From Trichoplax adhaerens (Eukaryota; Animalia; Placozoa): DNA of 64,000 bases. Location of the stretch: positions 348,288-412,287 of the forward strand of contig NW_002060977.1 of NCBI RefSeq assembly GCF_000150275.1. Direction: 5' to 3'. Below are positions 52,801 through 64,000 of the stretch, piece after piece. Under the pieces are notes generated by a model. It saw nothing but the letters and a program-made list of their open reading frames with translations. It was not told where the DNA came from and did not search any database. The position numbers and the translations under genes are program-made. The first letter of the stretch is position 1; each line of letters starts with the position of its first letter.

Positions 52801-55800
52801 GGGAAAAAATACGTATGCTTTTATTAGGGATATTACTACTCCAACAGACAGAGCTTAAACACATCGTGTTCCACGTGGTTAACGTAAATTTTCAAGAACT
52901 CTTAAAAATTCTCTTTATTGAACTATATACCACAATTTACATTTCTTCTATCGTAGTTAAAGAGTCTTAGAACAGTTAGCGCTGAAACCTTCCTATAAAT
53001 TAGATGGTGATCTAAGGTACGGATCACCACATAATGAAGACAAAGATATTTACGAATATAGTTATCTAATGACGGATACATGATAGTCGAATTATACTAT
53101 AACGATTACAAATTGCATCAAAATTATATTATAATGACAACTGTTTCTTTCCATCAAACACATGCAATTTAATCCACGTAAGGCATATACTCGGAGATTT
53201 ACGTCTACTGTACATATACGTGTTATCGTTAAATATATTTAACGTCTTGCATGAGAACTAATTTATCTGCCGATGCGGGAAATTCTCGGGGTTCTCCGAC
53301 TAATGTCCTAATTGTACTACTTCTACGCAAATAATCAATACCTGACCGATATCTGTAAGTCCTAGGCTACTCTCTATTTGAGACCAATTAATGATCCAAA
53401 ACAACGTTGAATATTATTTGACCTTATGGTCTAACTGAGACAATATAGATCACGATGGATCTCACTGCTGAACGTAGCTAAATCAAACAGCGCACACGAT
53501 GGTGCTTAGACTTTTCAAGCAATTATAATTACTTATGATTGCTGATAACTTAAAATTTTTAGTATAGACCACTACAAATTAAGACATTTTGAAGTAGGTG
53601 TACGATGTCGCAATGAAGGAACGCTTACATATGATTTCGCTCGAACAAAACAATTTCAGTACTCTACCAAAATGATGCTATCTGAAATAATATCTATCAT
53701 GGTATTATAATATCTTTAGTTTTGTAAAGTATAAATTTTATAATTTTGGACATAACATGTACTTAAATAAGAATAGGACTTAAAATAGGATATTTATGTT
53801 TTTAGAAGATTTTTATGTATTTACTGATATATCGATTACTTGCTCATACCAAAATTAGTAAAACTATTATTAGAGTATTTTGATATTATGATAATGACTA
53901 TATGTTTAACGGCACAGTCACCGAACGTTTATCTAGACCAGAGTTTCAGTAAAAGTGTAATAACGAAGGAAAATCTGTTTAGATATTTACTAGGGTGATG
54001 AATACTAAATTAAGAGATGAGATAGCAGTAATGATATGTTTACGTACAGACATTTACTATATAAACAGAATTTCTCTTAAAATAAAGATAACTATTGTTA
54101 ACGACTTTAGCTCAAAACTTGACTTTGCGTCTTAAGTTAGCTTTTTTTTCTCGTTCCAATTACTAAGTTGTGACATATGGATATCTAAGCATACATAGTT
54201 TATTATTATGACCATCAATAATTGCTAATAAGTTTGGAATAAAATTTGCATTAGTTTACATTTTGATGATTTAAAGTAGGCATGGATTGGTGATGTAACG
54301 GTACCACTTCTTCAAGATCATGATGAGCCGTTTAAAAGCTACATAAGCGCGGTTTTACATTAAATTATCTTAGTAACATGCGATTCCTTTATCGTATTTA
54401 GAAGTTTTATCAGCCATACATTTATGATCGATTATTAGGAAAAATACAAGTTTATATATATATATAATGATCTAGACAGATATTAAACACATGTACATTT
54501 TTTTGCTCTGGCTCTGACTCTAAGGCAAATCAGAATCGAGATATATATTGCAACAGAATGACACCAATTTGTAATAATATCAACTAATACAGTATTGAAG
54601 ATATGTCATCATGTATAGTAATAAGTTGAATGCTTTAGCAGATTTGAAATTATCCAGCATCATTTCTAACAGCTTATTTTAAAGTAACAATCAGACATGG
54701 TCCAATATTTTCTAACTAAGATGATTAATTTATTCTAAGTTTGAATATCTATCATTAATTACAGTAAGTTAATAAGCGCAGCAGTATCGATATAGCATAG
54801 TGGTATTTACTAAGAAATGGAGAGAGTAGTCAAACTTAGCAGCCTAATGGTGTACTTATCGTTGTTTACTCAATCTAGTAAGCTATAAGTTATTGAGATT
54901 ATGATCACTAAATCTAATTTGAACTTCACTATAGGGGCCATGGAAGATTGAGTTACAGTAAACTCATAAATGTTAGCTCTATGGCAACTTCAAGGTTAAA
55001 TCCGATATTACTTGGCCCTACAGTTTTCCTTATAGTATTTACTTAATACAAGTTATCATAAGATCTTTATAGGAATGACAACGCCTTGGTAACTATTTGT
55101 AGAGTTATTTTCCATGATAGTTTATTAAACCCATTTCAGCAGCAGTAACTAGAATGTTTTAAAACTATGTTGTTTTTGGCAATTAACATTAATGGATATT
55201 TTTGTCGATAACTTTCAATAGCTTCATGACAGATTTTAATTTAATTGATGTTATAGACTATCTACATAGTATGATACTGTATCTTTGAAGGTTGAAAATA
55301 AATATGCTGAAAACTTGATGTCGTCAATTTCTAATTTTGAAAATCTCTTCAATTCTTAATAGTGTTGAAATAAATACCGCATTTTCACCCTTTTTTTGCT
55401 CACAAAACGACGCCTATCTATAATTTGCTATTATAAAGTACAAAATCTTTAAATTAATGCACTTGGGTTATGCGTTGAGTAGCTAATAAGCAGACTTCTT
55501 ATAACCGCTAGGTCTCACCTCAATGATACAGTTGTAAACCGTGATGGTATACGCTCAATGATCGTATTAATTTCTATCTATACTCTACTTCGATCTGTCA
55601 TGTTAAGAAAATATAGACAATTTTTAGCGAGCTAGTAGTTGGACTTTCGTCTTAAGACAATAGCGTTGTGTATCTCATCGAATTATCAGCTCTCAATTAA
55701 TAACAGAGCTATCGCTATACAAGTATTTCAACTCATTAACGTCGATAATAACTAATTTTTATTGATAAAGCTGTAATGAAAAAGGAAGTTTATTTTAAGC

Positions 55801-56311
55801 TTGGTTAATTGATGCGATAAAACAAGTACTTATCTACTGTAAACAAATGATTTATTGATCTTATTAATTCTTTCGTAATGCATCTTTTAGCATGACCCAT
55901 CAAGAACGGAATGGAAGAAAAGAATTATTAAGCATATTGAATTAATAAGAAAATAAATTCAAAATGTTCATATCTTTATTTAATAACAGCTTTGATAAAG
56001 ACTTTGCCTGGTTTAATAATAAATTTTATTTTGTTTATTGATTCTAAGATAGTATCATATAATTAATTTCGGTATTAATTATTAACTTCGCTTCTGGCAA
56101 TGACAGAGAGGGGTATAAATAATCCATCAAAAATTCTTTTTAATGATATTACAGCTGTGGCTAGTTGAGCTTAGAAAGCTATTTTATCTGCCATAAGAAA
56201 ATTTCTACCGTCACTTGAATCCTAAACATTCAAACTAGCTAAGAATTCATTATTCGTTTTAGGAGTTTGGTAGGCGTTATTAATCTTTCAACAAAAATTC
56301 TAAAGAGCAAC

Positions 56312-58794
56312 ATGAAAATTAAACTTGAGCTGGTATCAATTTTCTTATTTCTTATTTTGGCTGAACCTGTCGTCTCCGTCGATATTGTTTATGAAGCCCA
56401 CAACTCATTAAGCTGTGCTAGCCAACGTGCCGCAACGTCTTATTTCTGGGATACTTGCCAAGGTGGTTTCTATTCAAAATACTTGCAAAGTTACGAAGCA
56501 ACCTGTAATGGTGCCCGTCGACGCAGATCAAATTCTGATACCGAAAAGAAAACAACTACAAATGAAGGTAAGAAACTTACACTAATGCACGTAGAGCAGT
56601 TAATGTTTATATATCAGCATGAATCGAGATTTCATATAATAATTTACTAATTCAAAACTGTTAAAAATCGCGTCTGAGATGCAATTCCCGAAGATTTAGA
56701 CAAATTATACTACTCACATTGAAATACGTTCATAATATAAGTCAATTATAACGCAAAATATATCAATTTGCGTATAGTGCCTCTTTCTAAGTTCTCAGCA
56801 ATATCTATTCACAATTATTTATAAAATTAGTCATTAATTAAAAAAAGGAAATTTATTAGCCGTCTAATATTCTCGAGTTTATACTGAATATATTCACAAT
56901 TTATCTTGCTCTAAATTCAGTCATTTATTCTTATACCATGTCGGAAAATAAAACTTAAAAGTCAGGATCAATGAAATCGCTTTGCAGTAATTGTTCAAAA
57001 TGGACAATATACCAATGCTCTTAATTAACGAAAAAAGTTAACTTAATGTCATATATATGTTACTAGTTAAGATTTTACAGTCCATAGATGACTATGTTGA
57101 CTATTATTAATAGAATATATATGACATAATAGGTAAATTTTCTAAAATTTAACGCCCATTACTTCGTTTACTGTTACGGTACTTAATGATGTTAATATTT
57201 ATACGCCAGGTGTCGATTTCCGTGTAATTATCAAATTCTACAACATGTTTTCAATTTATTCAATACGTTAATCAGTTGTTAACTTTATATGAAGTTATTT
57301 GCTCTTCCCGAGGCTTTTTTCACCATTAATAACCGTTTGAGATTTTATTCAGGCCTTTACCTTGTTTAGTATCATCGTAACAATAGTAATTTTTTTTTTG
57401 TGCTAATGAAATGAATGAAAATAAGCATTTATAGCACCGTAGCCTTAATTCTATATTTTCCGTCGAATCTTACCCACTTTATATTGCATAGTTTCGCTTC
57501 TAAATAATATTATTAGCATACAAAAAGGCAATATTTATTTGTTTGCTGTAAAGTGATCAGTACATCTTCGTCGTTAATTGTATAGTTGAATTATGCTAAA
57601 CTAATATATTGCACGCGATGTTTTAATTTAAAGTCAAGAAGCATCATAAAATCATAAAGTATTAATTCTTAAGATTACAATAATTCACTGTATTGAATAT
57701 TATTTTCTAATCTGTTAATCTAGTTGTCACAATCTCACTCTTACGAACGGACTCAATAGATACTTTCGTATTGAGTTGAGAGCTACTTTATTCATCTTGA
57801 GGCAGATTACCATTTAGTACAGTCTACAAAAGGAACTCAATAAACAATTTTTTACTCTTTTTATACACTCTTACTGTAATCTGACGTCGCAAATCTGCCT
57901 CTGATAAGTAAATTAAATTAAATGAATTGTCAGAGCCGTACATAATATAGAGTTAGCTCCCCAACACTATTAAATTGGATTCTCTCTAACTGCAGCATTT
58001 TCTTACTTATTTACCGTAAGTTTTGCCTCGCTAAAAGATCAATTAGAGTTATAGTTTAATAGAATTATACAGGGTAACATTCTTTCTTGAAATTGATATC
58101 ATATATTTTGCACACAATGTACCATTTTATATTCTGTTTCTTTGTTTTTATCTTACTCTTATGGAAATCAATAATTTCTTTTAGAATTAATTCTCTTCGC
58201 CTTTAATAAATATAATGCTATGCGTTGATAATAATTTATTATCATTGAATCTCTGATGTTCGAGAAACTGCTGTCTTGTGCCAAAGCAGAAATTTTATTA
58301 TCTACTACTATAAATGATCCTGATAAATTGATCTACTATACGAAGAAGTGTTAAAATTTTGATTATATTATAAACTCATATAAAAATTGTAATAAAATCA
58401 AACGAAAAGAAATAAGTATGTTAAGTCAAGCAAATTTTTAAGTTCATTTTTACTTGGTTTAGGAAATAAATTATATATTAATAACAAAGACTCTTTTATC
58501 TTTTTGCATTATAGACTTGAACTCCAAAGTCTTTATAAGTNNNNNNNNNNNNNNNNNNNNNNNNNNNNNNNNNNNNNNNNNNNNNNNNNNNNNACTAGTT
58601 TTTTAAGAGACAGTCCTATACGTGAACGTGAAGCAGAAGAATCTAGTGGTCCAATGTGGGGTCAATGCTGTGGTGAAGAAAGTAGTTGTAATAACGGTGA
58701 CTTATTAGTCCAATGTGGTGATGAAACCAATTACGAGAAAGGCAAGCCATACGTATGTGAAATCTCACGGGAATATTACGGATATAAAAAATAA
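56312..58794 (+). CDS. Insulin/relaxin-like prepropeptide 2 (8-Cys variant), paralog of the 43622 gene; second exon crosses an N gap
   Basis: Exon 56312-56567 (GAAG|gtaag, phase 1): signal peptide MKIKLELVSIFLFLILAEPVVS, B-chain C-x13-C-x15-C, then RRRR. Exon from 58515 (cattatag|AC TTG AAC; DLNSKVFIS-gap-TSFLRDSPIRER) ends in A-chain GPMWGQ-CC-x5-C-x8-C-x13-C-EISREYYGYKK*. Confidence 0.8.
58541..58593. other. Assembly gap (N) inside the C-peptide exon of insulin-like gene 2
   Basis: Run of 53 N. The reading frames on the two sides do not match with this length, so the gap size must be an estimate. Confidence 0.99.
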
Positions 58795-61167
58795 TTCCAT
58801 CATAAGCAAATGACCACATGGCGAAATATGGCTAATGCACTAAAAGAAGGTATTCACGTAATGGAATTGTAGTAACAATCTTATCTAGAGTATTGAAAGT
58901 AACTGGCAAATGGCAAAATTAGTAGATAGCCAAATGCTTAGATTCAATTCTTGAAATATTTATCGTCTTTTACTGATTGGAGTTGTAGAGAAAATTTAAG
59001 GAGTAAAACGTTCTTAGAGAATAGATTACGTAAGCTACTCAAAAACTACTTAAAATTGATTTTTAGTTGCTGTTTTCAACACCAAATGAAAGTATAATTT
59101 TAAAAAGCATCTAATTAAACTATAATTCGTTCGCCGATAAGTTAGCTAAGTACGGTATCTATGTAGCCCTTACGGCACTAATTAATTAGGTCTCTACAAC
59201 CTCTGATGATATGTATCGCAATCAATAAAAGACTGTTAATATGAAGAATAGCAATGATTACTTATCTAAACGCTTCTAATTCTTTTCAACCGTCATTATG
59301 AAATATAGGAACTAATATTGTAAGCTGTTGCCCTAGGTGTTACTGACGGTTCATACCAGTAATTTATATGAAATTGGTACTAAAATTTGTAGTATTTATT
59401 CATAATATGATGAGCATTATTTTAAAATGTCTCCGTAAGTATTACGACACTACGTTATCTACAATTCTAGAGGACGTAAGAATATTGTTATTAACATTGT
59501 TTAAGCGCTGTAATAGTCTCTACAAATTGAGGCAGGTAACAACTGCAGTACGATATGTTGTAGTTACATATAAATAAATTACACCAGCGGAAACGCGATG
59601 TAGGGTGCGGGATAAGCTAGTGATACAGTGGTGATTTTCAAAGTATTTCTTAAAAGTGCTTATTGCAATTTGTTACAAACTTCGTTTCCCTGAGGTTATT
59701 GGTTGAGCTATAAGAAATTTCGATTCAATTTAAATCAATCATACGAGTGACTACCTTACCATAAACCACTAGATGCACCTAGACAAGGAACTCTTCAGAC
59801 AGGCAGACATTTTTATACCTAGATAACTGGTGTAAATCTTTGCCTCTCTTTTTCTTAATCTTTTATACTAATTTAAGAACATTCAAAACTTTATATAACT
59901 TAGTAAAATAGAATAGATATCGATATGATATTATTTAATTTAGAAAAAATAGCGAATTACAGAATCGAGCAACCCTTTCAAGGAGATTATAACGATTGTT
60001 TGGAATAGTATTATTATTATAACGCATGAATCCGAAATATCCGACCGTCCGAATAGAGTTTCCTGTCCAATATAAATTTAGTGGTCTATGATCTCACCAT
60101 CGCATATGTCGTAATAGGCAGACTACGGCTATGTCGATATAACTAATCTATTAGAATCTATGTAGATTAGCCATGACTAAGCTTGACAATATTGATTGAG
60201 GGAATAAATTCATCTATTACCGAGATGAAGTAGGCAAACAAGGTGATTTTAACTGCCTTAAATTATAATATAAGTGATGTACCTGGTCTTAGATTAAAAT
60301 GTCTGATCAATGTCTTAGCTTTTATGAAGAGAGACCTTCGTACTCAATAGCACAACATTATTATCTATATCATTTTGAAAATAGTTCGTATTTGTATCCC
60401 GTGAAAGGTCTGTAATTGCTTCTGTGCTGCTATGTATACTCAAGCTATCTGATCGTCAGGAACTGCCTATTTAGTACTTTAGTTTTGTCAAATCTACTCG
60501 GTACAAAAATAAAGCTTGTTTACTCCTACTAATATAAGACTACGAGTCGTATAAGACTACTATTACGACGTGACTTGTATGCTGATTGAACCGACCGTAC
60601 ATGTACCAGTGACTGTAGGTTTGTGTAGAATTTCAAAGAAATAAAATATCTTAATGCTTTGGTAAAATGTAATAGAAACACCAAGAGCCAATTGCTGTTT
60701 ATGTGGAGTTTGAACCAAATTTAATGTAAACGCTTTGAAAATTTAAAAGATCCAATTAAATGCTGCACTATGGCTGAACAGCTTTCAACCAGTATACAGT
60801 AGAGAGCGCACCACGTCCCTGAAACACGGGTCTAATATTGCATGTATCATGGTAAGGACTTATCTACTTTATTTTGTATGCAGTTTAACTATTACGTCGA
60901 GGTCGGCGCGATTTTCGTTGTCATTTCTGCAGCATCGAAAATAATTAGATATAAGAAAAGGAAAGTTAACGTGAAATTTACACCTAATATCTGCGCGTAT
61001 TCTTAACGCAAATGTTTGCGTGCGTTTTAAATTAAATGACTAAATAAGATATGTGTTATTAAATTGCAAAAGTATGTTTCATGTTTTGATTACAAGATTT
61101 TAGACATGTATTTAATATCGATCTAATAGTAAATATTCAACATACGTGTAAAACCTGAATTGAAGCT

Positions 61168-61267
61168 TTAATTTACTATCGGAAAGGGGTCTATTCTTAG
61201 AACTAGCATATTTGTCCCTTAATTTACTATCGGAAGGGATCTATTCTTAGCATTCACATATTTGTCT
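61168..61267. repeat. Two-copy ~50-bp tandem duplication
   Basis: ttaatttactatcggaa(a)ggg.tctattcttag...catatttgtc occurs twice in tandem. Confidence 0.7.
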
Positions 61268-64000
61268 AGGTGAGTATTAAATACTAAATTCTTATTTAGA
61301 TACTTCTTGCTACAGTCTTGCGAATTGTACAATTCCTCTTTAAAATTGATTTCTTAATTTTATTAGCGGTAACGATAGCGTCTGTTTTTTTTTGTATGCT
61401 CTCAGTCAACTGAAGCGAGATCGGCAGCTAAGCTTCCACGTGAATATCTACCTTTATTCTGATATCTCACCACCTTATATACTGTACAATACAGTGCCTT
61501 TACTGATCTAGTACGGAACAAAACTAGTGCCGTTAAGTTCTGATAAGGTTGCAATACAACCGATATGAATACAATACAAGAAATCCTATAATTAGATACA
61601 GAGACGCTGGTAAATCCGTAACAATTTTATATAGTTAAGTTTCAGAAGGAATACAATAGGCGTTGTTAGGAATGAGCTATTTTCCTAAATATCAATAGAA
61701 TGTTACGCGCCGTCGATTATCAACAGATATTGTTCATGACGAACTTCACAATATATATTGATTATAAAGAAATGAATATTAATGCCACAAATACTTGTAA
61801 TTGAAGATATCAAACCGTTAATTTTATTGCCTGGAATAGAAAAATCCGATATCTTATATGAGGCTACGGCAAATGAATAAATAGCTAATTTACTGAAGCT
61901 GTTAATTCATAAAATCAATACATACAGACAGTATATTATATAGCCGCCTAACCCTCGATTATCTTACGGTACGTTATTTCGTGTATCTAATTAGTCATTT
62001 TCCGGTAAAATACTGTTCGCTGTTATTTCTTTGAATACACCATATTTTAATGTTTTAATTATAGAATTTTCATCAATAAAACATTAATATTCGACTATCT
62101 CGAGATTACTTTATTTGATGTAAGTCCTTCTCATGCAGGAAATTGAAAGAAAAGCTAGCTACAACATTATTGATTTGTAATAGCTTGCGTTTAAGATACA
62201 TCTTCGTGTAATCTCTGTTTGATTACATGGAATACTTGTTTTTTTACATCCTGTCTCTACTGGCTTATTGTTTTTGCATAGCTATAATTAAAGGGTCTAA
62301 AATTATAGAAAAGGTACTAAGACATCCTAATATACAAATAGTGCAACTGTGCGGTTTCATCATACTTGTTACAAATCTACAATTTCACTGTGTTAGATTT
62401 GTAACCAAGTACTACTTCTAGCCCTTCTCTAAGTTAATTACCCTATAATTAGTTTCATAATATAGAGGCTAAAAATAGTTTATAACTTAAAATTTAATTT
62501 CAAGTATGTATTGCAATAGTAATACTTATATCACGTAACTATGCACAACAAGCTATCTGGTTATCGACTTAACTCCTCTGCAGTCTCACTTAAGGCTACA
62601 GCTATCGTCTCTAAAATCACATACTAATAGGAGGCGACTACCTTAATGCCCAAAAGCAATCCTTGACATCACTAGTCTACTCAGGTCTAATGCTACCATC
62701 TTATGATTTTAGCTGCGTCTGTGGTGTATGGATTCTTAAACCTACATACTATCACTGTATTTCCCTAACACATAACTACTGTAATTAGCTGAAATCATTA
62801 CAGGATCTCACTATAGAACCTGTTTTGTTATAAGATAAAAATTATTATACTGTTCCACACAATTCTTTACTGTAAACTGCTACTATACCTTCAAAACACG
62901 CACTACTGTAATTAGATAAAGTCACTCCAAAGCAATTTCTATCAATATAGGACCATTCGGCATCTGTTGCATTAGTACAAATTGAAGGAGGAAGCAGAAA
63001 AGGAGTTATCTCATACTCGTATACTTGTCATCATTACGCCAATCGATGGAGATAGGTCTGCCATAACGGCTATATGTGCGTAGATTTAAAATTTCATAGT
63101 AAAATAATCAAAGATATTTCTGTTCCAGAAAAAAATATACAGTATATCGTACTGAATGCAAAAATTTCGGCGCATGCAAAATTGTAAATACAGCTTAGCC
63201 ATTTATTAACATTTTAAGTAAGATCGTACTTTCTAAACTAAATATCGAGACACGGAGCAGGGTAATGATTTTTGAACATTATCGACAATGTGTGATATAT
63301 TATATTTGATAATACTGAATTATAATTATGAGGCATTTACGCTCTGTATCGGACACAGCCTGGAGTTCGTGGCATGCGACCGATTTCTAGACCAAAATGA
63401 ATTATATCTTCTGACGAATCTTAGAGAGTTCTGCATCATCAGCGACTACTCAACAAAAATTTCCCTCCCCCTTCATCGTTCCAGCATTACTGAAACTCCA
63501 GTTTTTCTATACTGTTCCTGTTATTGCCGCTACTTCAAAGAAATTGTTGAGTAAAGTTAGGTTAGATTGGGACTTTGGCTTGTGGCATTGGTATGAAGTA
63601 CCGTAGTTTTAGTTGGGGAAATTTTTTGTTAAGGGGTCCCTGGCATCATATACCTCTGAATTTAAGAAATTCTTAACTTATATCAATGAAAGGACTGAAT
63701 TTTAAAGATAAATCGTGGTTAGCAAGCTCCTAATTACTGGTATACCTTTAATATTAAATGGAGACTACAGGTATGAAAATTAATGATCGTCAATACCTCT
63801 ATCGCCATGAATCGTTTTATTGATTTATCTTCAAATTCAATAGGCCTCAAATGCTAATGTGAATTGCTTACATAACACCAAGTAGTGCAGTCACAAAATT
63901 TTATGATATACCCGCATTCAAAATTGGTTAATGATTCATAACGACCTAGAGTGTTAATAAGAAAAGGTAAAGATTAAGGTTGGAATCTTTAGAAAAGAAA

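Overview
AT-rich, intron-dense animal genomic DNA with short GT-AG introns. The gene style suggests an early-branching metazoan such as a placozoan (inference, not proven). Four genes can be reconstructed by hand. (1) A very large leucine-rich-repeat GPCR (LGR; RXFP/GRL101-like hinge) on +, about 13.5-32.5 kb: an N-cap exon, at least 40 single-LRR phase-2/2 micro-exons, and one hinge+7TM exon whose activation motifs are altered. (2) A convergent 5-exon gene on - encoding two tandem Tudor/Agenet domains fused to BTB/POZ. (3,4) Two paralogous secreted insulin/relaxin-like prepropeptides (43.6-44.3 kb and 56.3-58.8 kb) sharing a non-canonical 8-cysteine framework. The most notable observation is a relaxin-receptor-like LGR lying within about 11-26 kb of two divergent insulin/relaxin-like peptide genes, a candidate linked ligand-receptor system. 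The window also carries many solo LTRs (TG...CA, 5-bp TSDs) from several families. One is nested inside an older relative, and one internally deleted element keeps a tRNA-Leu primer-binding site. Two assembly gaps interrupt genes.
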